From NCBI RefSeq assembly GCF_036321535.1, contig NC_087437.1:104534001-104598000 (forward strand): a DNA stretch of 64,000 nt, written 5' to 3'. The translations under genes were made by a program, and so were the position numbers. The notes beneath the pieces were generated by a model. That model worked only from the letters and a program-made list of their open reading frames with translations, did not search any database and was not told the origin of the DNA. This stretch comes from Camelus dromedarius (taxonomy: Eukaryota). Shown here piece by piece: positions 1 to 13,309 of the stretch; the first letter of the stretch is position 1; the number at the start of each line of letters is the position of its first letter.

Positions 1-169
1 CATATGACATCATTTTCCATATTTCAGCCAAAGAGATAATTTAAGAAAGCTAACTGAGCCTTGCTGCATTACTCTTTGAAGCACTTACAAGTGTATTTAG
101 GCAGTGTCCGAAACAGGGTCAAACTCTCCGTTTCTTTGCTCTAAGTTCCTTCATTATTTCAAAACTATG

Positions 170-740
170 TGATCCTCTGCCCAGTAGAAATACCGGTAAA
201 CTGTGACAGTAGGATAAATGCATTTTCAGACATACAGACTCTCAAAAAAGTGACTTTGAGACACTTTCTTCAGGAAATTACTACATGATGTGTCTGACCT
301 AAATGAAGTAAACAAAGAAAAAAGGAGATACAAGTTACAGTAAACAGAATAAAGAGATAAAGGGAATCCTTAGGACAAGACAGATAGGATGACTACTTTA
401 TACGGGATATATGAAATAATTCATTAAAATTGAAGCAGGTTATATGACTTGGGAGATGTTTTCATTAGGAAGATAATGTTTGTATATCTATGTATCTTAA
501 CATAGTAGAGGAATGTGAGGCAGTTGGAGAATTTGGAATAGAAATGGTGATAAAAACATACAAAACTAAACAAATGAAAGAAAATATGGTAATTATTAGT
601 ACCAAGAAAATAAAAAGTTTTTATGGTAACACAAATCTTGAATATTTATCTAACCAACATTTTCATGAAATGTTTTTGAAAAGATGGATTAACAAGAAGA
701 ATGTGTTGTATCATAAATGAGAGATAAATCCTCATGAGCA
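170..740 (+). mobile_element. HAL1/L1ME-like ancient LINE remnant
   Basis: ggataaatgcattttcagacatacagactctcaaaaaag...ctttcttcaggaaattactacatgatgtg...gaagtaaacaaagaaaaaaggagatac resembles the HAL1 ORF 3' region as I recall it; heavily decayed. Confidence 0.55.
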
Positions 741-2183
741 GCAGGAGGTGAATTTTAATTTTTCCATTCTGATGTCTCAGTTCGGTATTTCAATCTGAGG
801 AGCAGTGACGGAATTATATACACATGGCAGTGTTCCCTACCTAATGCTAATTTACACTGCAATGGGAAAAAACTTGAAATCCTGGTAACTAGAGAATACA
901 TCTCTCTTCTATAGTTTGCACTTTTAAAACAAAGTAAAAAAAGTTATTCTTCCTCATCTCTCATCTTTATTTCAAGCCCTCCAAAATTCCTACCAACTCA
1001 TTAATGGAGTTATCAGACTCATTGTTTCTTGTTCCTTAATAACTTTAGGATTAATTTGTATGTGATACTATTGTAATTCTACTACTATGAGATGGTTACC
1101 TACGGGTGAAATACATACAGAGCAGTTTTAACATGGGCTTGGTCTTTGCTTGTTCTGAGTCCAGCTGGTATCTTGGCTACCCTCATACTGAAGTCAGAAT
1201 AAGGTAAACTACTCCAGTGGTTTGAAATCCCGGGTCATTTGACAGGAAGGGGAAAAAAAAAATGTCTCCATGTTTCTGATCTTTCTCACAAATCTTTCTA
1301 GTTGGGAATGCTGACGGTATTCACCTGACTGAAAGTCAAGTTTTGGCTCTAACTCATTTCTATACTCAGATCCAGCTCTTGTACCCTGTTCCTTCCTCTA
1401 ACAGAGATAGGCACTTTTACCTTTCTGCACCAAATTTTGCCATCTGCTAAATGAGGGAATAGAACTATTATACAATGTAGAATATTATTTTTAGCACTAA
1501 CATATGCTATTCTAATTTTTTAGTATTTAATAAAGTAAATCATATATCTGCTTACCTATAAATTAAAGAAATTATATAATTTCAAAATACATAATGGAAA
1601 GTTATATAAAATAATATCAAAATGTATAAATATATAAGGGGTTTATTAACTTGAACATAGAATATAATAAATTATATTGTTGTAAATTTAGACATTAAAA
1701 AAATTCACAGTGAATAGACAAGTAAATATCGCTTCTTGGTTTTCTGGATGTTATTTTAGCATTGTCACATGCACAGTTATAACTAAAATAGCTTTACATC
1801 AAAGACATACTTCTTCATGAAAAGTTTAAAATTTACATAAAATACATTTAAGATTTAATTGTATAAAATTCAAAGATATTTTAAAGAGTTAATTTTAAAA
1901 AGTATACTCAGTATGGAAAGTTAAATGAAAAAGTAAATCAAAGCTCTCATTTAGAAAATATATTTGAAATTGTATTTGTTAACTAAAATTTTGTATCTCA
2001 TGTGTTGGATAATAAGCTATTGAATTAAAAGCACCTTTTCTGGTTGGATTTTCTTTCATATAAGAAAGCATGAAGCTAGATTTTTGTTTCATTTTTTTTT
2101 TTAATTTTTTTTGTTTTTGTTTTTCCTACATAGCTGCCAGATACTATGTATGGAGGGACTCTTTTGATGTTTATAAATAAATG

Positions 2184-5170
2184 TGAAGGATGATGTCAAT
2201 ATGGTGCACTAGGAATCTCCAGGCTTTAATTGCCCCAATGGAGACATTAGGTTACAACCAAATGGACCAAAATACCTTTTTGAGAACTCTAGAAAACTTT
2301 TAAGAAGATTCAGCACCCAGTTGACACATAGCCAAGAAAGGATTTGATTGAAAAGTTTGTTTTTAGCTCATCTTTGCCAATCTCCCATCCTGGTGTAATG
2401 CAGCACAGTCAGAAGGAAGGCTCTCAATTCCTGGTTCCTGGAAAGAGTGGAATCTCTACCCAGTGTTCTGAATTTGTCTGGGGTCTACTTGAGGGACTGG
2501 TAACTCTATCACCTGAGTTGACTGCTTGGGGAACAGTGGCATAGTTGGAATAAGAGATTGGAGAACTGTAGCACCAAGGAGCATTAGAGCAGCAGGGAAT
2601 CTGCTATTCTACAGGCAGGCACTGGAGGGAGCAAGAGATTACAGGCATAGTGATTCATTAGAAAATGAAGCCAAAAGCTACTGAGGGTGAGCATTTTAGA
2701 GAAATTAAGGTAGCTAAAAGTAACCATATATACTAGAATAAAAGCAGATGCTCAAGCTCAGTGAAGACACATCCTTAGAAGAAATTTGAGATGTCCCAGA
2801 ACCTCTAGCTGGGCTGGCTGGTGAAGAGTCTTCCCCTGCAAGAGATAGTCTGTAAAGACTGGGAGAGGTGCTGCTTGTTTTAAAAATCATAAGTCTCAAC
2901 AAAAGATCACAGTTATACAAAGAAACAGAGAAATGTGGCACAATAAAAGAGCAAATTAAATCTCCACAAACTGACCCACAAAATGCGTATCTCTACATTA
3001 CTGAATAAAGAAACTGAAACAACTGCCTTAAAGGTATTCAGTGAAGATGCAGATAGACAGATAAACAAAATCAGGAAAATGATGCATGAATGAAATTAGA
3101 ATATCAACAAATAGAAACTAGGAAAAAGAACCACATAGAAATTCTGGAACTGAAAAATACAATAATTGAATTCAAAAATTCACTTGAGAGGCTCAAAGGT
3201 AGACTTAACCAGGCATAAAATACTAGCAAATTTTAAGACAAGTCATTCAAAATTATCAATTCAGAGGAGCAAAACAAAAATAATGAAAAACTGAAGAGAG
3301 ATGATTCAAATAACTAAGATATTAAAAATGGGACATTATAGCCAATGATGTAGCAATAAAAGGTCTTGTAAGAGAATACTGTGAACAACTGTACGGCAGT
3401 AAATTAGAAAAAACTAAAATAAGTGGATGCGTATCTAAAAACATGCAACCTACTAAGACTGAGTCACGAAGAAAAAGAATATCTGAATAGACCTGTAACT
3501 AGTAAAGATACTAAACCAGTGATCAAAACCCTCCCAACAAAGTCCAGGACCAGTTACTTCACTGGTGAATTCTATTAAACATTAAAGAAGATATAACAGT
3601 CTTTTTCATATGCTTCAAAAAACTAAACAGGAGTAAACACTTCCAGATTCATCCTATAAGGCCAGCATTACCTTTACACCAAGCCAGACAAAGGTAACTG
3701 CAGACAAAGAAAACTGCACATCAGTATCCCTAATTAATATTAATATAAAACTCCTCAACAAATACTAGAAAACTGAATTCACCAGCACATTAAAAAGGTT
3801 ATACACCATGACTAAGTGGGATTTTCCCCTGAAATGCAAGGATTGTTTAACATATGAAAATCAATCAGTGTAATAGCGCACATTAACTGAATGAAGGACA
3901 GAAACGGCATAGCCATCTCAATTGATACAGGAAAATTATTTGACAAAATTCTGCACCCTTTCATGATAAAAACATTTAACAAGCTAGGGATATGACGAAG
4001 CTATCTCAACATAGTAAAGGCCATATATAAAAAGACAACAACTAACATCATACTCAAAGGTTAAAGACTGAAAACTTTTCTTCTAAGATGAGGTGCAAGC
4101 ATGGAAGCCAACTCTGACCACTTCTATTAAACATAGTACTGGAAGTCCTAGTCAGAGAAAATTAGGTAAGAAAAATAAAAAGTATCCAAATTGAGAAGGA
4201 AGAAGTAAAATTATTTCTGTTTTAAGATGATATGATCTTTTATGTAGAAAAGTCTAAATATTCCACAAAAACCTCTTGGAACTAATAATTTCAGCAAAGT
4301 TTCCAGGATACAAATCAACATAAAAATCAGTTTCATTTTTATATAATAACAAAGAACAATTCAAAAATGAAATTAAGAAAAAACCATTTATAATAGCATC
4401 AAAAAGAATAAAATAAACCCTCACATATACAGTTAAATAATCATTGACAAGGGAGCCAAGACCGCTCAATGGGGAAAGAAAAATCTCTTCAACAAATGAC
4501 GGTGGGAAAACTAGATATTCACATGTGAAAGAATAAAGTTGGACTCAATTTAACCCACTTACAAATTAACCCAAAATATATTAAAGACCTAAAATAAGAC
4601 CTAAAACTATAAAACCTCTTAGAAGAAAACACTGGAGAAAAATTTCATGTTATTGGATTTGGCAGTGATTTCTTGGAAATGACACCAAAAGCATAAGCAA
4701 CAAAAGCAAAAATATAGAAATAGGATTTCTGTGGAACAAAATCAACAAATGAAAAGACATCCTACACAATGGGGAAAAAGTACAATTATAGATCTGATAA
4801 AGTTTTAATATCCAGAATATGTAGTGAATGCCTATAACCCAACAGCAACAAAAATAAGCCAAATAAAAAATGAACAAAGAACTTAAGTAGATATTTCTCC
4901 AAAGAGGATAAACAAATGTCCAAAGAACATATGAAAAGATGCTCAACAACACTCATTATGAAAACCAAAATGAGACATCACAGTCATTCAGATGGTCATT
5001 ATAAAAATAAATATTGATATAGAAAATAGAATGGTGTTTCCCAGGGGGTTGGGGGGAGCAGGGAAAGGAGAGTTGTTATTTTTGTAGGATGAAAAGTTCA
5101 GGAAATCTGTTGCACAACAGTGGGAATATACTTCACTACTGAACTATACTCTTAAAAATGGTTAATTTAG
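2184..5170 (+). mobile_element. L1 (L1MB-like) with 5'UTR, ORF1 start, ORF2 RT region and 3' end; multiple internal deletions
   Basis: 5' start gatgatgtcaatatggtgcactaggaatctccagg; ORF1-like ~2880-3300; ORF2 motifs (ccaggaccagttacttcactggtgaattctatt, catctcaattgatacaggaaaattatttgacaaaatt, gatgatatgatc at the RT ADD motif); L1MB-type 3' end atctgttgcacaacagtgggaatatacttcactactgaactatactcttaaaaatggtt. Confidence 0.85.
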
Positions 5171-5214
5171 GAAAGAAATAAAACTGTAATACATGTGTTG
5201 CACTGAATGGAAAG

Positions 5215-7345
5215 GTGGGCAAGGATAGTAGAGTAAGGGCCACCAAAAATCCTTTCTTCTATAAAAGCAAAAAAAAAAAAAAAAAAAACACTACAAAAAT
5301 ATCTAAATCAACATTTCAGAACTATGGATATTAACCAATGGCTTACAACAAGCTGGGGAGTATTTATTCAAGAAAAAGGGCTGAAGTAGTGAACTGTGTG
5401 GCATTTTAACTTGCCTTATTCACAACTCCCTGTACCCTGTTTTGCAGAAATTATGAAAACCAACAGTCCCACAAACACAGTGTAAACCCACAGCCTAGCA
5501 GTCACTGGAAGCGACAACATGGCATTCATATTCCCTCAAATCAACATTCTTAGAGAGTTGTATTATTTGACTTGTTTGGCAATTCCCCTAGAAACCTTCA
5601 ATGCAGGGCTTGTTTTTATTTGACCTGATTCAGAACTGATTCCCAGTGTAAACAACCTTTTCTCAAGGGCATTTGTTGGAAATAATCAATGCAACCTTTT
5701 TTTTTTCCTCTCCAAAAAGGAAAGTCTTACAGTGTTTCACTAAATAAAGGTGGCAACAAAGAGATCAAAATTAATTTAAACAAACAAAAAAGCACTTATG
5801 GACTAGGAAAGTACAACAGAAATGTACGATTAATAAGAGTAGTTTTAACATCAAATTTTAGCTGGCAGAATGAAGACAGGTCAATTGATATTATCCAGTC
5901 TGCCAAACAGAAATAAGAATAAGAGCCTCAGAGACCAGAGACCCACCATCAGAGTACCAACATATGCAAAATGGCATCATCAGAACATACCTAAAAGAAA
6001 TACTGAAGAAAACCTTTCAAAGTGAAAGCAGAGGACACTAAATAGTAACTCGAATTCACACAATAAAATAAAGTACATTGATAAAGGTAACTACATAGAT
6101 AAATCTCAAAAAGAGCATGATGCATTTTTGTTTGTAACTTTTTTCTTCTATCTGATTTAAAAGACATCTGCATAAATTAATAATTGTAAGATTATGCTGA
6201 CTGTGTTGTTATGCATAAAAATATAATTTGGATGACAAAGCATAAAAGATGGGAATTAAAAAGAGGTCTATTAGAACATATTTTTGATGCTGTCTAAATT
6301 AAGTAGGTATTAATCCAGACTAGATTATTTTATAGAAGATGTTAATTATAATCCCTACTCAAGCACTAAAAAAATAATTCAAACAAAGTATAGTTAAGGA
6401 AACAACAAGGGGGTTAAAATAATCTATTTGAAATATTTGGTACAAAATAAGTCAGTAATGGATGAATGGAGCATATATATATAAACAAGGGGCAACTCTC
6501 AGACATAAGTCTTACTTTATAATTACATTCAATGCATAGGGGTGAAAATTTTTAATTAAAAGACATGGATTTGCAGAATGGACTTAAAAAAAGGACTCAG
6601 TTTTTGCCATCTACAGAAGCCACCCTTTGGTTCAAAAGCACAAGTAGGTGAAAAGGAAAATGACAGAAAAAGATATGCCGTGCAAACAGTAACCAGTGAA
6701 AGATAGAGTGGATATACTAATATCAGATAATGTTAACTTTAAGACAAAAAACTATTACTAGAGACAAAAACAGATTTTCTGCTATAATAAAAGTGTGAAT
6801 TTCAGAGAGGCAGAACAGTTATAAACATATTTGAACCTAAATATAGAACTTTAAAATACATGTTGAAAAATAAAAGAATTGAAAGGAAAAATAGACAGGT
6901 CAACAAAAATTGTTGCAGACTGACCAACTCTGAATAATGGATAAAACAGTTGGGCATAAAGTAAAAAAGAAATAGTAGAAGATTTACATAATGCTATAAA
7001 CCAACTATACCTAACAGACATCTACAGAACACTCTATCCAATGACATCAGAAAATGCATTCTCTAAAATGTACCTGAAATATTCTCCAGGAAGAATATAT
7101 GTTAGGCCATAAAATAAGCCTCAAAAGATTAGACATCATCTAAGTGAAATATTTTTGCTTCAAAAAAAAATCTAGAATGTGAAAGGATATTCAGAGAATG
7201 GGAAAAAAACACTTACAAAATATTTATCTGATACAGGAATGTTATCAAAAAAAATAAAGAACTCAAAAGTTCACAATTAAAAGATAGGTAATGCAATTTT
7301 AAAATGAGAAAATATTTGAATAGATTTTTGTCAAGAGAAAAATGA
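5215..7345 (+). mobile_element. Old L1 (L1MD/L1MC-type 5' end, ORF1 remnant, ORF2 endonuclease region, 3' fragment)
   Basis: 5' motif caaggatagtagagtaagggccaccaaaaatcc...aaatcaacatttcagaactatggatattaacc; endonuclease-domain DNA ~6500-7130 (aaaaagatatgccgtgcaaacagtaacc, acctaacagacatctacagaacactctatcc). Confidence 0.75.
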
Positions 7346-7585
7346 TTGAGAGCTTCAGAGACATCCCTGGATATTTCTCTCTGGTCCTTAAATATATGCC
7401 CGTATATTTCAGAGCCAGTAATTTTATGTATCAAATTCCTTTCTTGACTGGAATATTTCTGACTTCTACATCTTCTTTTACTGCATTTTACTGCATTTAT
7501 CTCACCTTAGCTAGGGAAAATTCCTTATTTTTAAGGGCTTCTGTGATTCTAATAGACCCACCTGTGTAATCTAAAATAATCTCTG
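7345..7585 (-). mobile_element. MaLR MLT1 LTR fragment
   Basis: tttttaagggcttctgtgattctaatagacccacctgtgtaatctaaaataatctct matches an antisense MLT1 motif. Confidence 0.6.
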
Positions 7586-7599
7586 GGTTCCAAGTGATT

Positions 7600-9510
7600 A
7601 ACCAAGTTGCTGGTCTTCTACCTGATCCTACACCTTGCTCGGTAGAATCAGACAACAGCACTCATAATCCTACTTGGTAGTTTTGTTGGGGACCCAGCAG
7701 AGGGTTGATCTTGTTACCCCTGACCATGCAAGCAGGTAGGACTCTGATTCTTCAACTGTTGGTGTGAGAGAGAAGCTGGTGTACTATTTCCAGTCTTGGG
7801 GAAGTAGCGGGTACTTCAGTTTCCCAGCCAAGGTAGTGTCCATGGGGTCTGGTGACAAGCTGAACTTCTATCCCTACCCAGCAGCAATGAAACTTAACAA
7901 GGCAGTACAAGGTTGAGCTCATGACCATTCTTAATTCACCCCCTCTACCATCACCACCTAGTGTCAAGGAGACTGAACAAGGCAATGAGAGTCTGCTTTC
8001 CACAAACACCTGGGGTCAGTAGGGCCCAGTGAGTAGCTAAACATCAACACCCACAAAGTAGCAGTGATACTGAATGAGGCCGTGTGAGTAAGGACTCCTG
8101 GGCACTTCAGTGCCTCCCATTCCAGAGAAATGACGTCCAGTGGGGAATCCTACCACCCACCTGCTATGAAAGAGACAAAATAAGGTGGCACACGGTGGTA
8201 ATTGTTTGCTTTTGCTTCGTCAGCCCCCAGTGTCAGCAAGAACCATGAGGAGATAAGCTACAGTTCCACCATATGTGTCAGCCATCTGACTCCTTTTTTC
8301 CTTAAGTTTGTAAGGCCAGTGGAGAGGTAACCATGCTCTCCAAGCTGGGAGGCAACATGATGGTGTGAGTCAGTGCCCCACATTGCCCCACTGGATGGTG
8401 TTGGTGGAGCCCAGTGAGAAGTTAAACATAAACACCCAAGCAATTATGGGAAGTTGAGCATAAACACCCAAGCGATGATGAGGTTGTGCCATGTGTCAGC
8501 TGGGGTACTGCCAGCTTTAAAAAATAGGATCCACTTTGGTTTTTTTAATAGAATTTATAATATTTCCAGGATACAAATAAAAAGTACTCTTCATGCTAAG
8601 ACCTAGGAAAATCACAAGTTGAATGAAAAAAAAATCAGCAGAAACCAACAGGGAGATAAATTTGATGATGGAATTATGTATCAGATATTTTAAAACAACC
8701 ATAATAAAAAAGTTTCAACAAGCAATTAAAAATTCTCTTAAAACAAATGAAAAAACAACCTTAACAAAGAAATCTGTGTAAAAGAGTACTAAATAGGAAT
8801 GATGAGACTGAAAAGTACAACAAAAACAAACTTCCTGGATGGAGTTAATAGTAGAGTGGAGATGACAGAAGGTAGAAACAATGAATTTGAGGACAGATCA
8901 GTAGGATTTACTTAATCTGAACAGTAGAGAGAAAACAGAAATAACAGCCTCAGGGACTGGTGGGACAAAAACAAAAGAACTCACATTTGTATCATGGAGA
9001 CCTAGAGGAAGAGGAGAGAGTAGAATTAAAAAATTTTTCTCAAAGGCATAATGGCAGAAAACATTCCAAATTCGATGAAAGATATAAACCTACAGGTTCA
9101 AGGGATTGAGCAAAATAGAAGATCCAAAGAAATCCACAACAAAATATATCATAATCATAATTCTGAAAATTAAGACAAATAAACAATGTGGAAAGAGCTA
9201 GAGAACATGACACATTACTTTAAATGGAACAACTATATTAAATAACAAGGGATTTCTCATCTGAAATCATGAAAACCAGAGGAAAATGGCAGAACAATTT
9301 TCAAGTGTTAGAGGAAAAGAATTGCCAGCTCCAGCTTCTACATCTGGCCAATGTATCTTCAGGAAGTAAAGGAAAGTAAAGATATTCCCAGACAAAGGAA
9401 AACAAACAGAATGTGCTGCTAGTAAATATAATCTTAAGTAATAGTTAAAGAAAGTTCTCAAAACAGTAAGGTGACGTAGAAAAGTACCTGAAACTTCAGA
9501 AAGGAATTAA
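7600..9510 (+). mobile_element. Old L1 (L1M4/L1MC-type) 5'UTR with degenerate monomers plus ORF1
   Basis: GC-richer repeated units 7850-8480, then ORF1-like sequence (gatggaattatgtatcagatattttaaaacaaccataataaaaaagtttcaacaagcaatt; cagcctcagggactggtgggac; gatttctcatctgaaatcatgaaaaccagagg). Confidence 0.7.
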
Positions 9511-9511
9511 A

Positions 9512-9625
9512 AGGGACTTCTGGTCTGGACAATATGGTATAGTCCAGTTTCTTCCTCCTCTTGCCTACTGTGCAAACTATATATTCTTTAAAAATGTGGG
9601 AGACAACCAGAGGAAAACTCTGATT
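9512..9625 (+). mobile_element. Possible L1 5'-terminal fragment
   Basis: gggacttctggtctggacaatatggtatag resembles the gacttc...caagatgg start of old L1 5'UTRs. Confidence 0.4.
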
Positions 9626-10975
9626 TACAATTAATGGTAAAACATTTAAAATCATTACCCTCTTTACTTGTTTTAGTATCATAATTTTTTCAATGTTTTA
9701 TTTTAAGGGGCTTCTTAATTTCATTACGTAAGTGAACATCTTGGTTCAGCAGTTAGAGAGGAATTATTTATGACATTTATTAGCAATGTGGAGCAAATAA
9801 ATTTTATTAGATGCGTGTTGGTGGTGATTAAATAAAATAGGAAGTGTTGACTATATAATCTTATACACCTAATGCAATTTTTGTTTCAATTTGTGTTTCA
9901 TTTTCAAAATTACAGTGCTGAAGGAGAGTGGACATAATTAACTATATATGGGATATTAATGTGTGCTTGTAATAGGGATGATGACTTTTATAGAATGGGA
10001 TGATTACTTTTATAGCCCAATTAAAATTTAAGAGTTAATGTTCTTTCATTACTTAGATTGGATTTTCTTTAATCTAGAAGTTTCATATACTTTGCTTCAG
10101 AGCTTATGTATGTGAAGTGAGTATTTGGAAAGTGGAAAAATAATATTAGTGATTTAATTCACATAATCAAATGAAATTTAACATTGTCCTTCTTATTAAT
10201 TTTAACCATCTATGAATGTAATATTTTTATCATTATTTGTTTCTTAATAGAAAGGAGAAAAATAATATTTCTATGATGAAGATCATGTCTATGTAAGAGT
10301 AGGTTCATTCAGCCAAACTGAATGAACTAAAACTCGATCAAAACCAATTTAATTTACTTAGCATAATTTTGCAACTCGGCAGAGAATTGAGGGACTATGC
10401 CTTTTGTTATGGGTCACGAATGTCAAAGTAATTGAACTTGTCTTTCTGGATGTGAATTGACCTTTGACTGTTAACCAATCCCATTTCTTTTAAAAATTAA
10501 TTTTAATATTAAATTTAAATATTACTTCTAATTTTGATTCATTTTAGAAATTAAATGAATTAAATTGCATTGTTTCATAAAAATTGATAAGGATTAACAA
10601 TTTAGGCTATATATGGTTATAAAATTCACTTGGAAACAGTGTCAAAAACTTGGTAGATATTTATAAAGAATAATGGGCCTCAGATTCTAGGGGCTAAGTG
10701 GTTGTGTCACTGTGCATTACATCACTAGTAATTATAGCTATGAAGTTATATGGATATGAAGCATCCATCTAGATGCACATAAACATATACACCAAGCCTA
10801 TGCTTTTGTGAAAGAAAATAAGATAATATTTAGTTCAATTTGAAGAGGATAGTCTCCAAAGTAGAGAATAAAATCAGATAATTTGATCCTTTCCTACTTT
10901 TATAAGGCTATCAGCTAAATGTTTTTAAATGCAATAAAATGATAAAAATGAAATTTTAATTGCAGAAGATAATAT

Positions 10976-11419
10976 TGTAAAAATGGCCACAGGTCTTCAT
11001 TCCTCCCTTTATCCCCTCCACTTGCGAGGCTGCTTTAAGCTTCTTCTTTTAGGATTTTACTCTAGTTTACTATTCTTTTAATGTAAATTGGACTTGTGAC
11101 CTGCTTTGGTCAGTGGAATGCAGCGTTCTTCCAGTCTTGCTCAGAATTGTACCAGTATGTAAACACACTTGGTGGTTTGAGACATGGAGCAAAACTAATA
11201 TGGCCCAGCCAATATTCAAATGTAGAGTCCTTTAGCTGACCTACAGTTGGTATCAGCCATACAGAGTTCTGCTGAATTATGCTGAGATCTGAAGAACCAG
11301 CCAGCTATGTTCCATCTTAATTGCTGGCTGGCAAAATCATGGACCAAGAATTTGGTTCTTGTTTTAAGCTACTAAATTTGGAGTGAACTATATTACACAG
11401 CAATAGGTAAATGATAACA
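10976..11419 (+). mobile_element. MaLR MLT1 (H/I/J-like) solo LTR
   Basis: tgtaaaaatggccac; ggacttgtgacctgctttggtcagtggaatg; 3' end gttttaagctactaaatttggagtgaactatattacacagcaataggtaaatgataaca. Confidence 0.7.
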
Positions 11420-13309
11420 AGGAAAATAACGAATTTTGAAAGCTTACATTATAACACACATAACTTTAAAAAGTACTTTAAAATCATATAAGCTTTTAAA
11501 AATTCCACCTAAAACCAAAAACAGACACACAATATTAAAAAAAAGCTAAAGCAAAAATTGTTGATAAACTATGTCCAGTTTCATTTTAGGAATGCAAACT
11601 TCTTTTGACTGAAACCGTTCAAAATAATTTTAATTCTTTAGACATGGAAGCTTTCTGGATTAATCCTTTTTATTTTCTATCTCTGTTTTCTCCTGTTTAA
11701 TATGTTTAGCATTTAGAATGATATTCTCAACCATCCATCTATTTGTTTGTTTGTTTGTTTATGGAAACCATATTGTAATTATCAAATGTTTGTTGTTTTT
11801 ATAGTACTTCTCTGTTTCCTATTGGTACATGCAAAGCCTTCTTGACTCTGAGAACATTTTTCCCTCTGGTTTATGTTTCCTCTAAACATAACCTTTCTTT
11901 TTTTTTAAAAAATATATTTCATCTGTACTACTGGATTTCCTCATGTCTCAGTTGATAATTTTCTGTTCAAAATTAATTACTGATAAGGAAGTTCAAAATT
12001 ATAGTAAACTAATTCATTATGAAGAGAGTGCTATCTGTAAGTTAAATTAAATCTACATCATAGAGACAAATAATCAACACTGATATGTCCTGATCAAAAA
12101 TTCACAACTCCTGTGTTTATTTAGTTGTAGAACTTCAATCTCTATAATTGAGAATTCACATTTTAGAGGTGGCTATAAAATAATCAACATATCTTCATCT
12201 AAATCTTCACTAGAGGATATATTAACATTGTAATAATATCAATTTGTTTTATTTTTGAAATGCCCATTAGGTTTTAGTTCTCACATCAGTAAACTTAGAG
12301 CTTTTCAAAATTTCTTTTTAAAATTATTTTTTATCCACAGGACACTTCTGCCTGTGCACAGCTTTGTAGTTACCCTGTCAAAAGTAAGAAGCTAAGAATG
12401 TGTTTCATTTAACCAAGTCTTGCTCTTAAAAATATTACTGTAAATCACAGGTTAAACTCTTGTGTGACATACCAAGTTAGCCTTACAGGGAACACCGATT
12501 GGTGACAATAGATAAAATAACAGTTACTCGTAAACATTAGAATACTCAATAAAAAATGTCTCCTCAGCAAATACTTATGATTGTACCCCAAATACAGAAA
12601 CAGAAGGTTTTTATCATCAAGGTTGTTATTTTCTGTTTTAAGTTCACTTTCTCTAGAGGCTATTAAAGAATGCATACATTTTTGCTGACATTTTATCACA
12701 GTAATAAAATGAGATGGGGCTCTATACTCAAAAGGCCCCTAAAATCAGTTACCATGTTTACTGCAGAAAACAACTGCTTGCCACACTTTGAAAAAAAAAT
12801 CAGTAAATTATTACTTGATTTATGGTTAAGTGTTTTGTCACACAAAGCCCTTAATTTGTAGTATAATTTACAACATTATAAATTTATATCTTGAGAGACA
12901 GGATCAATTAATACTGCTTTTCCTATGATACACTCACCATAGAGTATGATCAGTTATCCATTAAGTTGGAAATAATTGAAGTTTCAAAAAAATGTTTACT
13001 TATATCACACAAAATACACACATAGAAATCAGTTTTCTTGATTACATTTTTCTGTTTCTACTAACCTATTTTTCTTCATTAGTAAGAATCATTATACTTG
13101 TATATGTTAGTGCAGATTCTTATACAGTTGATTTTACAAGTTCCAGGAAACAATTAACAATGACTTCTGTTTAGAATATATTTTTTACCTATATTCTTAA
13201 GAGACGTTGGCCTATTATATTCTCTTATGTAAAGTCCTTGTCAGAATTTTGGGTCAAGGTTATCCTGGAGTGATTTTTTTTTTTTTAATGTCAGATCTTC
13301 TAGCATATA

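Noticed and set aside
3320..4430. Reverse-transcriptase motifs as a novel retron or RT system
   Set aside because: Ordinary decayed L1 ORF2 with many stops and frameshifts
7850..8481. Repeat-spacer pattern as a CRISPR-like array
   Set aside because: Units are degenerate and irregularly spaced, the context is mammalian, there are no cas genes, and an L1 5'UTR explains it
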